Positions 40,727 through 52,279 of a stretch of DNA of 64,000 nucleotides are shown here, one piece after another. The notes under the pieces are model-generated. The model made no database searches. It saw nothing but the letters and a program-made list of their open reading frames with translations, and was not told the DNA's origin. Origin of the DNA: Ascidiella aspersa (taxonomy: Eukaryota); NCBI GenBank assembly GCA_963924565.1, contig OZ004608.1, positions 5,828,001 through 5,892,000 on the forward strand, read 5' to 3'. The position numbers and the translations under genes are program-made. Numbering within the stretch: the first letter of the stretch is position 1; each line of letters begins with the position of its first letter.

Positions 40727-43700
40727 TCAGATATTCTTCTTTGCGACACTTTGTGGCTTGGATTTTGGACGCTTTATCACGGCTGTGTACATGTCGTTGC
40801 TGGTAGGTTGGCTGTCGGGAGTTGCAAGGTGACCAGATGCTTCGTCGGCAAAGTTATAGGTTTGTGACGACCCTGTTTCATTTTTTTGTGGTTCAACTCC
40901 TTAAAATCATATAAATGGTATACCGCTGCAATCATAACCGACTTTGCGTGTGATATCTGCACCCTGTTTGGGAATAATTTATCTGACGCCTTGGACCGTT
41001 ATTACACCGAAAGAATTGTTACTTTACACACACCTGACGCAATCTCTAAAGACTTTTTGTAAAAGTGTAAGCACAACAAATTATTCGAAGCTCGTAAATT
41101 TCCGCATTGAAACCTAAAGGGGCGTATTTCATTGCATATGTCTGATTAGGCCGGGCTGGCAACTTATAAAATTCAAACCCAAAGAAAAAGTTATTCCATT
41201 GCCAGCAAAACACAACGTTGAGGAATTACGTTTTTAGTTTACAATTTAAATCGTAAGCACAGACGGAAATTTGCAATATATTGTGTCCTAAGTTGCACAA
41301 TCAGCCTAATCGTGGTCATTTTAAAAGTTTGTGATTGAAATAAAAGGTTTTGGACACGTTAACATCCTCTTTACACTTAGTAAATTAAATATAGGGCACT
41401 TTAAAACCATGAAATCTTTGCAAGTTATTACTTTCACCGTTTTCCACTTTTCTTGGTATCCAAACAAAGACATAACGACTTCTAAAAACAACATGGCTCG
41501 ATTTTCTTACCACGTGTTGCTTCGGAGTAGACCGCTTCCTGTGTGGAAAGGGATACGTTGTCTTCCACCGTGCTGTACTCCACACTCAATCCACCACTTG
41601 TACCTTCGTTTTGCCCATAAGTAGCCGGATTAACTGCGGTGGTTGAGGTTTCCATTCCTGTTATGTTCAGGTGCGAATATTCGTTGTCGTATTGTTGCGC
41701 GCTTTCGAGTTGCAGCGTTGAGTATTCTTGCAGCGGTTCTGGCAACTCGTAATCATTTTCCGCTTCATCCTGGTCTGTACGAGTCGAAATAACTTTTAAA
41801 TGAAGAAACCTATGCAAGATATGAACTTAAAAATAAAAAAAACGAATTAAATATAGTAAAGTTACACTTTTGAATTCTACGGCAGGAGCAAAACAGATTA
41901 CAATTTTGTGAGGATTTCGGTCAACTATATGAGGTGATTGAAGCATAACAACCGGATGTTGCAGTTGGCATACAACAAATATCAAATTCGTAGCAGAAAT
42001 AGGCAGCATTTTATGGACATTCAAATACCTTTTATATTCACAAGGATACCTATGCGTGCACTTTTTGGGACCTTTATTATTCATTCTTGGTCTATATATA
42101 ATGCCTCATATTCATGTAAACACATCCAGGCCGATCGATCGTTCACAAAAGGTCGTTTAGCGGTTAAAATATCTCCCATAATCATGGACTGAAAATACAG
42201 TAAAAAAAAAAGTTAAAAAAAATATGTTTAACTTAGAATAAACCGTTATGTGGTTGTGTTGCAGCTGTTTTAGTCGCCTCCGTCCTTCTACGCTTCCTGA
42301 AATGGAAGCAAAGCACAGATAAACAAACCACGGTAAAGCATTATTAACCAATGCCTTCCACCCACCTCAGACAATGCACAGCAGCAACTACTGCGCAACA
42401 AAGAAGTACAGCTCCCGCGATTGAAGCGGCTAATGTTGTGGTTAGATTTCCTGGGCCTCCAGATGACATGGTTGTGCTGTAGACTACAAAGCAAACACGT
42501 GTAAATCTCTTTTGATAACAATTTGACCATAAACGAGAAAAAGGTATTACTCCTGTTTGGTTGTCAATTAAAAGAAAAACCCAAAAAATTTCGCAGCTAA
42601 AGCCAATTTACGATTAGGCTTACCATACTCTATTTGGTTATTAGGCAATTTTAAATGAACTTATATTTACCTTGCGATCCAGTTTCTGTTGCTATAATAA
42701 AGCTTTCTGTCACATGTGAAGTCACACTGTCGTTGTGGGCCTGGTCTGTAGACCATTTGTGTAATCCGCCTTAAATAGTTATTGGCAATAGTTAAATCAG
42801 TGTTTTTTTTTTACTTGGGGGCGCACCTAGAGGCATTTTAAAACGAGGCGGCGCACTTTTTGAGCGAAGCGGGCGCGAAATATTTGAGCTCTACCTGTTT
42901 TTTTCTTAAATAGGTTGCAATTTTTTATTATATAGGCTTTATAGTATATTTAAAGAGACTCCACCCTTGAGACCAAAATAAGAACAACATTAACTTGGCA
43001 ATAAAAGACAGTTAGGAATAGGGCGTAAATAGGACTAATACCTAATAGTCGTAACAATGACGAAATCGGAATAAGACCTAATTGGACAAAATAAGGCCAG
43101 ATACAACTTTATTTAACACCATACGTAACTATCACCAACTTCCCGAATATTTTCAACCTTATTATTATTAACCCAATTGCTAACACCACCAACTACCCGC
43201 CCATAAGCCCAAACAGAGGCAAAAAAACAGGGCCAAAACAGCGGCTCCCAAATATCGGCAGAAAACGGCCAATGCCAAACAGGTGTCACCCAATCATCCC
43301 ATACCCTAATCATCCCATACCCAGTCTTGGGCGTAATATTGTCCATTTAGTTCTTATTCCGATTAATTTTGGGCTTAGTTTGACATGTTTAGGTCTTATC
43401 TAGACTATTTTAGATCTTTTTCCGTCTGGTCATTGCTGCGAATTTGGCGTTATTATGTCGGTGGTCTTATTACTATGGTATTGTAGATTATCTGATTTAG
43501 ATATTGCTGTTTTGTAGGTCTTATTATGTTTTCACTTGAAAGTACTGTGGAATCAATAAGCTAAGCTTAATTGGAAGGTAATTTCTAATTAGTGTTAATC
43601 CACTGTAAATATTAAAATTGCAGCGACTAGTATATAGTGGTTTGGTTTCCTGAAAAGTTTCCAGATGACATGACTGCGCTAAAGTCTACAAATCAAACCC

Positions 43701-45029
43701 ATTTTTTTTAAACCATTTAGCGGTATTACTCCTGTTTGTTTGTGAAGTACAAGAAAAGCTAAAATTTTCCAGTTTCAGCAAATTTGCTATTACCTCACTC
43801 TATTTGGTTATTAGCAGTTTTAAAAGTTCTTATATTTACCTTGCGATCCAGTTTTTGTTGTTATATTAAAGCTTTCCGTCACGTATGACGTCACGTTGTC
43901 GATATGACCCTGGTCTGTAGACGAATTAGGAAATCCGCATTAAATAGTTAATGGCAATGGTTAAGTCGAAGACAATAGTGAACTTCTTGTAAGTCTTATG
44001 TGTGCTTTACCTGCCTTATTTACCCCGGGCTCCAAAAATTAGGGGTTTAGCATAACAAGTTTGCTGAGCAATAGTAGCACAATTCTTAACATCTGTGCAA
44101 CCTTGTGGGTACGTTTAGTTTTCTCATTTTAAACGTTTATAAAGAAAATGTTTATTGTACGCTTTACGATACCTGAAATGCGTGAGTATTAGCCTGTTTC
44201 GAGACGTTATAGTTAGACAAGGGCGCATTTTTTAACAATACAGATTACATGTTTGTAGCACAATTTAAGCCGCTATCAAAATGCGGAGTGTGTTCAACAC
44301 ATTTACAACAGTCTTGTAGTCCTAAACGTTCAACCTTTGAAAGACCTGTTAAAACGTTGTTGGTTGATAAAGCGTAGACTGTTGTCGCAATGTTTGTAGA
44401 AACTTCATTTTGTGACTCGAGAGTGGTGAACGGTTGTGTTGTTTGTGGTGGAGCTTGTTCTACAAATTAAAGCACGTGATTTGTATAAAGTCAATTTTAA
44501 GTGTAAATAGTCAGACTTACTGGTCGTTCTCTGGCAAATGTATTTTTCTGATCGGCTACATTGTATATCCACCCAAGGATAGTCCTGGTCAGTTTTTTCT
44601 ATCGCTGCACAGTCCTCCAGCCAAAATCCGTCGTTCGGTTCTCCAGCTTTCCAATTTCTATAATTTAACCGTAATCCGTCCAGCCATTCGAATTTGTTGC
44701 CAGTTGCTCTTTTCAATCCGATGTAATATAGTTCTGTAGCTGAAAATACATGCGCAATTACAATACGTCACAACTCACGCACTTCTATGAAACTGTTAGG
44801 AAACATCACCTGTAATAGTTCGCAGTTCTTTCGTTAAAAATGTTTGAATCTTCGACGAGTTGACTTTCGCAAGAGTTCCATTCAATTTAACACAAGCTGC
44901 TAAAGCTTGGTTGAAATCCTTTTTGTTGGTGGTTTCAATGTGGTATTCCAGGTTGTCCAATTGATGCCAAATAGCGAAAGCACTACCAAAAAATGTTAAA
45001 ACAATTGTCACACAAAGCAGCTTATTCAT
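40727..45029 (-). CDS. L1: type I membrane C-type lectin receptor (signal peptide, EPN CTLD, S/T stalk, TM, tyrosine-motif tail), about 436 aa
   Basis: Exons: 45029-44810 (signal + CTLD N-half), 44739-44521 (YIGL..WKAGEPND..C..WVD..C..YICQ), 44459-44346 (weak donor; the alternative GTAAAT downstream is in the same phase), 43914-43840 and/or 42745-42671, 42483-42366 (TM LAASIAGAVLLCCAVVAAVHCL), 42296-42244 (RKRRR), 41774-41511 (YELP, YSTL, YSHL, VEYSTV, VYSEA), 40899-40727 (DMYTAVIK..KNI*). All phases are compatible. Confidence 0.82.
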
Positions 45030-46039
45030 CCTACAGTATATAAATATTCTGTGAGCTGAAAGGCTTTGTAAACTGAATGAGCATTATAATAAAACTCGTA
45101 CGAGTGTTCCACAAAGAGCAACCTTGTGATAACCTCTATACTATAGTTGCATATAGCCTATTGATTTCAGACGAACTGCGAAACCACCTCTTCCTATAAC
45201 TGAGTGAGTGAGTGTATGTGACGCATTACACTTTGCAAGATACTCAGCAATTGTGTGGGACAGTGCCCTGGCGGAACTGTTTATAAAAGCGTGTCAGTTT
45301 CAAATAGATTTTAAAAAGTTCAACAGAGTAAAAGTGCGTTAAAAATGAATTCTTTTTAGACATGAATGAGTGCTGGCTCGCACTGCTTGCTCTTTTGCAA
45401 TGTTCTGATACTCGAAACCTCAGTAGCTGAACGGGGTCGATGATCTTGCAATATTCCACACCATAGAGTTTTTCGTCTTCCACCAGTATATCGGGGGTTA
45501 ACATTAACTCCGGGCCTTGAGCTTGAAGCAATTAAAAAAATTTAGTATTTAATTTTTCTTTGTGCTGTCATATATTTTAGCTCGGAAACATTTAAATTCG
45601 TAGTAACATTGCTATGTTTGTATAAAGCCACCAGGCACAGTTTTACGTTTTGTTAAGCTTATAAATTGATTTTAATACTTCCAATGTTTTAACGACTAAT
45701 GATCGTGGAAATATATATATGCCTTTTTTAAGGTATGTTTAATTGTAGACGTGTTTTGACATGTTTATTTTTATAATTAGAACATGTGTACGACTGCCGA
45801 CTGTCGTACGTTATAAAGCTTGTAACCAAAGTATACAACACACCTGAATTACATAAAAAAACAATATCCGGTGGTAAGATGTTGGTTGACATTTTATTGA
45901 TCTAAAATATCTACTTAAAATGAGTAAATGGTTTTGCATTGTTTACTTCACGCATTATCCTGTTATAAAGTGAATTATCTCTAATGTTTTGGCACGATTT
46001 TAGCACTATCTCATGTTCCAAAACGCAAAATAAAAGAAA

Positions 46040-46545
46040 CCTAAAATCTCGGCACTCCAATATGTTGTTCTATCCGTTTGGTTGCAACATTGTAACTTTA
46101 TAGGGCAGTGTTTCTTTATTTTTTAGTTTTGTTCACCCCTAGTTATCTTCAGACTTAATTCTCATGTTATGACAAAACTGTCTCGTCTATATAAAACAGC
46201 ACAAAATGTCTTACTGCAGAGCTATCGTCCATTTCTGACGATTCACCATTATTCACCCCTTTTGGTTTGTCCACCCTTGCAAAACTGTTATTCACCCTAG
46301 GGTGAACCATCCACCTGTTTAAGAAACATGTTTTAGGGTGTTTGACGGAACTTTCGCCTTTGGCACAAAATACTACGTTTTTTTTAAATACGCCTATCAA
46401 CGGTAAGTGTCGCTTTCTCACTACTAAGAAATCTAATATTTGCGCTGGCTAATTTGCACAGAGCCTGACTTCGGGAAAACTCAGTCAAATCGGCGGGAAC
46501 TTGAGTTTCATTTTGCCGCGACGGCAATAAACAATAATCACTAAA
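46040..46545 (+). pseudogene. Eroded plus-strand CTLD-like exon pair; related relics near 40099, 40449, 47078, 52860-53200 and 60705
   Basis: Short intron 46403-46461 (GTAAGT..CTAAT..TTTGCACAG) joins ..FAFGTKYYVFLNTPIN|EPDFGKTQSNRRELEFHFAATAI in frame, resembling CTLD beta1/alpha1 without the Cys. It is interrupted by a hAT MITE. Confidence 0.35.
46106..46330. mobile_element. hAT-type MITE with TTCACCC repeats
   Basis: CAGTGTTTCTT..AAGAAACA-TG; TSD TTATAGGG/TTTTAGGG. Confidence 0.75.
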
Positions 46546-48396
46546 TTTAAGACATATGTAGTAAGAATAGCAAAGCCAATGCTGAAGTTTAAACGTTTCG
46601 TATATCTCTTTATTTGTTTTCAATATCAGACATATGGATGCTTAATCCAAATGTTGATCATGCTGTTTTATATAGAGCTCATGCTGGTCATTTAGCGTTT
46701 CCACAATGGCTAAACCAAATAGCAAAAGTACTTTGAATCAGATCAAAAACAACAATCGTAGTAAAGACGATGCGCATCATTAACGGTGGTGAAAACAACT
46801 AAATCCCAATCTTAAAAATGTTACTCAAACAAACCTTGCCTACATCTAACCTCATGATAAGCTATTCAAACAGCGTAATGCACAGGGAATGTGTGTAGTA
46901 GAACGATAAGAAGGTTAATTAAGGTAACTTTTAAAAACTCGACGGTAACTCAAAGCGTTTAAGAATCGTTTCACACCGAAACCAAAAAATAAATGAAAAT
47001 AAATGCTAAACAGATTTAGAATTTTGTACGTTAACTTGAAACATAGTTTTTTCAGTCTTCCAATTGACTTTGCACAGAGCCTGACTTTAGGAAACGTAAT
47101 TTATTTCGGACTTACGATGTATTACATATGGCCGTGACGTTGATTAAACCTGAATTTCAACTTTTTTTTAAATTCATTTGCCAAACTTTTCAAAAACACA
47201 GCAAAAGCGAGGATATTCAGAGTTTTTTTCAAAACATGTTTAAAAAAACTTAGCATCAATGGGACATAGTGTAGTGTTGGGTGATTTGTTGACAAAGTCC
47301 TACAATAAGAACGATGGTTGCTTATAGAACACTTTTACTGTGAGTTATCTGAGGTGTGTTGTTAGGATTTTCAACATTTCAAATGTTCTTCTTACGATAA
47401 ACGAAAATCCCATTGTTTCAACTATAATATACACTGTCCTGCTTTGCATATTATTTTCTCAAATAAGAAACAACGTACGTCGATGTTTGCGAACTACTGT
47501 AGTTTATTATGTTAAGTCAGGGGTCAGCAGAGTGAGTTCGAACGGCCCGCTGCAGATTTCCTTAACGATGATAAAGTGCAGTTGAAAATTTGTCGGATTC
47601 AATTACAAATTAACTTTTACTTATTTTTTTAAACTGAATGACAATTGATTAAAACTCAATACAGTTGTATAATTGGTTATAATTTATTCGTTAAGCAAAA
47701 ATCGTGTGAATTAAGTTGGACAGAAAATTTAACTCCGGCTCGCTATCGCCCGACCTTACAGATAATTCGTCCATTTATGTCAAAAGTGGTGGCTCCTGTG
47801 TTAAGCCCTGTAGAGAAATTGGGCTCCATAAATTCTTCAAGTGTTTCTTTAAAAAGTGTAGGATTAAGTTACATCGATTAAAAAATGCAGAATGTTTTAT
47901 CATATTGAAAATTTTATGAGATATAGAAAAATTTACAGTAATTTGTGAAACGTAAGTCACATAGAAAATCGTGTGTTATTTTTTAGTGGCGGAAAATTTA
48001 TAGCAACCCTTTTAAAACTATTTATTGATACAAACTTTTTACAGTAGTTAAACAAACACTTTTTCTTGTAATTCGCGCGATACAAGAGTTGTTTTTTGTG
48101 CTATTTAACAAACATCTGTATACAGTGCGAATAACAGTATTACTCATGAAGCACATTATTTATGAATGTTGTTTTAGATGCTAAGGTCAGGTCTATATGC
48201 GATGGAAAGCGAGTCTAAAGTTTTAGGTAATTACCTTGCACAGAACACCAACTACACGTACAGAAAATATAAAAATGAATTAGTCAGGAAGAATAAAACT
48301 CTCAATTTACGTCCAATATTGTTTATACCGAGAAATTAACATTTATTTTTCTAACTGCTGTAAGGAGGCTTTCACTGGTATTGCATTTGTTTGGGC

Positions 48397-51300
48397 CTAG
48401 AGGTTAAATTGTTCTTGGGTCCTAAACTCGACGTATCCCGGGTCTTTTTTCTCATTTTCCTGGACTGGAAACACTGGGTTGGGTTTCACGTAACCGCCTT
48501 CTTCTTCTTCGTGAGTACATTCTTCTGGACCTTAAAATACTATGGATTATCATGCAATTTGTTAAAAATTGATAAAGTATTTTTTTCTTAGGTTTTCTGT
48601 ATATATTACAAACTTAATAATTTTGGTACATCACTGATTGTTGCTTAAAACGTTTTTTGAATTAAAGCATTTTCATTCTGCAGCGGTATATGAGAATTAA
48701 GGAGACAAGTCATAATTTTAGACGATTAAAATAAAAAATAATTTAGGCTTACTGTTAAATAAACTTATTAACCTGCTTAATTATCGCGTAACAATTCCTA
48801 GATTTGTCGATATACTTTCGTTACATCTTTTATTAGTTTTTTTTATTATAAGTGTTGCATTCAGCGATGAGTGAAATTTCAACAGCTATTCACTTCGAAT
48901 TATTCCCAGATTTATTGAACAGTATTTAAATAATCTAACAAGCAAAGTTTCGCATATTTTAAGGAGTTTAGTCTACTCTAGAGAATACAATAGGAGTTTG
49001 CGAATTTCCGGTGGTAGTTTAGATTGAAAATAGAAACTTTCAGTTTAGAATCGCGTAATAACTATCCATTTCACGGTGTATTTCGTGGCATAGAATTTAG
49101 TCTATTCGACTCATTTCGTATCCGTTCATTTTGGTGCCAACACTAAAAGGAGGACTAGTTATAGTGCACCTAGCATTACGTTTACCGTTGGTGTTAACGT
49201 AGATATGTGATGTGCTTGCTATGGGAACTTCGTAGGCACTTTCCATCACCACTTCAGAATTCTTTTTAGGGAATCTAGCAATTTAGGAAATTTTTAACTC
49301 TGGGTAAATGGGCAAGCTATTGATATTAATTACATTTACAATGTCACACAAATCTTTTGTTTATATTAAGGGCAAATTAGGTTAATTTATGTCTTTTTAC
49401 TTTAAAAAATAATAGTTTCATGAGCATCAGCTTATTGAATTTCTATAAATACCCAAAACACGTTAAACATAATAATCATAATACGTTTCGGTTGGCCATC
49501 CTTGCGCTTATTGGCAAAAGTGAAAATCTAAACAGTTGTTTTGTTTATATTAAAACGTTGTCACCCATCTCGAGCAACAGTTTTTATTCGGTTGTATGTC
49601 TTTACTTGCCTTATCTGGTGACGTAGCTGAAAAATATTTATGCCAACGGATGCCAACAAGAGAAGAACAAGAACGACTACCGCTATGGTGAGACCGTGGG
49701 CAGATTCCGTTTTAACAGACCTGTTTTGAGCTATGAATAGAGCAATAGTTAAGTGTAGTTTTCTAGGTAAATTTTATTTCTACAACACCCTTTGTTCTAT
49801 AAGTAAAAAACGTCTTGAGTAGGGTATGACTAAATTTACCACTTTTTATAGAATCCCGGTATACACTTATATATTCCCATTTTGCCAGCATTTTATCATT
49901 AATGCCATTTTTAAACCGCTTTTTGCGTATTGCGTCGCACTATTTTTGGTGGTGGCGCAAAAAGTGTCTTAGCGGCAACATGTTTAGGTCCGTGCTCCGC
50001 AACCTTTTTCACTTACGGTACACCAACAGAGCCTGAACAAATTCGGCGGCACACCTCCGAAATATTTGACGACCGACAATAAGCAACATAAGCAAATATA
50101 TTTCTGGTTTTACGGGTTCTTCTGAAAATATCTTAAGACGGTTGAGGTGCTCAAAGTGCACCCCGTGAAGTAGCTGATAGGAAAACATTGAAGGCTTTAA
50201 ACAGCATATTACAAAAATTGAAATCTGATAATTGGGTTTTGTACTTTTTTGCCTAATTTACTTTTTTGGAAGATGCTGTTTTTAACAATACTTTTTTAAA
50301 GATTATTTTTAACAATCACTGTAATACATTTACTTCATGGGTTTAAGCGTATGGATAACCTTACTTCAAACTTTGGTGTAAAGTAAACGATTACTGTATA
50401 TTTATACTCCTGGTAGTTGTACGAGTTAAATAAACTATTTTATAGCGTTTAAATTTGGCGATTGAACCTTACTTAGGTTTTAAACGAGGTTGAAATATAA
50501 AGGAAAGTTGTTTTTTGTCAAAAGTAGCATTTAAAAAAAAGAAAAAAATAAAGCACATTGAGAAGCATCGTGACACACCTGACGGTTTAGCGGCATAGCA
50601 GTTTGCCGCGGCACACCGGTCACGTGATGTTGTGAAGTGCTTCAAGTTAATTAGTTGGGCTTCCCCAAGGCGCAAAACAAAAGCTAATATTGCATCTAAA
50701 AATAACTCCCTAACTTAAACACGAAGTTAACTCACGTTTTAAAGTATTAACCCACTCCTATTTGGTTGCCGGTTTATGTAACAAAACCGTAGCCCGACCC
50801 AATAGTTTGTGGTAGTTTTCCGGGTTTCTGGTTTTCCAACGTTATGGATTTTGTATTTTATATTGGGATCTATGCATGTTTAAGGAAATCTTAAACAATT
50901 TTATTCTTATATAATTGGTTTAAGATATGTTTTTACTATGCTTATCTTTTTGGCTGTATTAATGACTATTTTTGACCAATGTAAAATTATGGCAAAATCA
51001 CATGAATCAGAATTGTCTTACCTGGTACGCAGCTGGAAACCAAAGTAGTTGGTGCCGTGGTATTAGCTTTGCCCATGGAGACAGAATTCCCGGTGGTCGT
51101 TTGTTTTGCGTTGGTTGTAACTGGAATGAATGGCGAGGAAGTGACAGAGCTCGTTTGCATCACGCTACTTGTCTTAACAAGATCTAGAAGTGAAATATTT
51201 ATTATGGCTTCACTTTAAGACTAAGGCAACTTAACGTGAATATTATATGGAGCTAAATTAGTAACTCGTTTTGTGGTGGTCTGTTGGCTTAAATTTGTGC

Positions 51301-52279
51301 AATGCATGATAAGGTTTAAAGTTTTTATTAAATATGGCAAAACATCGCTTGTATAACAGCCCTATTTGAAGTACAATGTTGGCCTACCTAAACTAGATAA
51401 ACTATAAGTTCGACGCGTTTTTTGAAAGTAGTTTTGTATAGGTATAGCGTCTCTTTTAACGCCTATAGTGAACTTTTACTAAATTGCAATTTTTTCTTGG
51501 TTAATCTAGTTATTTTAATTTTTGCACGGGATATATGGTTATAGTGTTTTAAGTAAAACTTGTTCAATTCAAAATTAGCTGGACGCAATTTGGTGACTTT
51601 TCTCCGAAAATTTTATGGGCACCCTTAAACAGAAATCTCTGATCCTTGCCACATTTTTTCAGCTATTTTGATCTATTTAAATTCTTATAAAGAACTTGTA
51701 GCATTTTCAATTGAGCTGTCTGGTTTCTGTTTGTCTGTTTTATTTAAAAACCAATAAAATGTATTCACTCACCAATAGTTCTTTGACAAATGCAACAAAA
51801 TTGGGTGGTACAAGGAATATCATACCTCAACATACTGTCACTCCAGCTCCTGGCATTTCCCATGGTGACGCAATTCTCACCCTCTCCATGGTTGTCAGGT
51901 TGATTAACTCCCCATGACTTATACACCAAAGCTGTCCCATCCAACCATCGAATCTCACCACCACTTATTCGCTTCAAACCGATGTAAAACCCTTTATTTG
52001 GAACTGGAAATAATATTAAAATGAAATACATAAACCTCAAATGTATCGAAACAGTTTAGAATAAGACATACCTGTTAAGTTTGTTAGAAACGTCTGGATC
52101 TTTGACGAGTAGACTTTGGCAAGTGTCGCATTCATTCCAGCACAAGCAGAACTTGCTCCATCGAAGTCGGTCGAACCATTAACAACAGCGTATTGTAAGT
52201 TGTCCAACTTGTTCCAATCCACAGCAGAGGAATTCGTCGCCAGAAAGAAGCACAGAAATACAATTTCAGTAAAACCCAT
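48397..52279 (-). CDS. L2: type I membrane C-type lectin receptor (QPD CTLD, S/T stalk, TM, YEVP/YVN/GYVKP/GYVEF tail), about 314 aa
   Basis: Exons: 52279-52072, 52003-51773 (FYIGL..WGVNQPDN..C..C..CICQ), 51183-51022, 49730-49610 (TM GLTIAVVVLVLLLLASVGINIF; GC donor AG|GCAAGT), 49274-49186, 48530-48397 (ends QFNL*). Total 945 nt, in frame. Confidence 0.82.

Larger units (their letters stand above)
37245..44510 (+). repeat. Segmental duplication copy 1 (copy 2 is 58935 to beyond 64000), carrying L1/L4 plus 3' flank
   Basis: Colinear similarity runs from CGCTCCAGC(T/A)GCAAA..CATTACCATCTGTCATTTGACTGG through the SINE, flank and all L1/L4 exons and introns, with copy-specific insertions. Confidence 0.9.

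Noticed and set aside
40777-40962. Track ORF as the L1 last exon
   Set aside because: Paralog substitutions are synonymous in the alternative frame (40899-40727), which also carries the YTAV motif.
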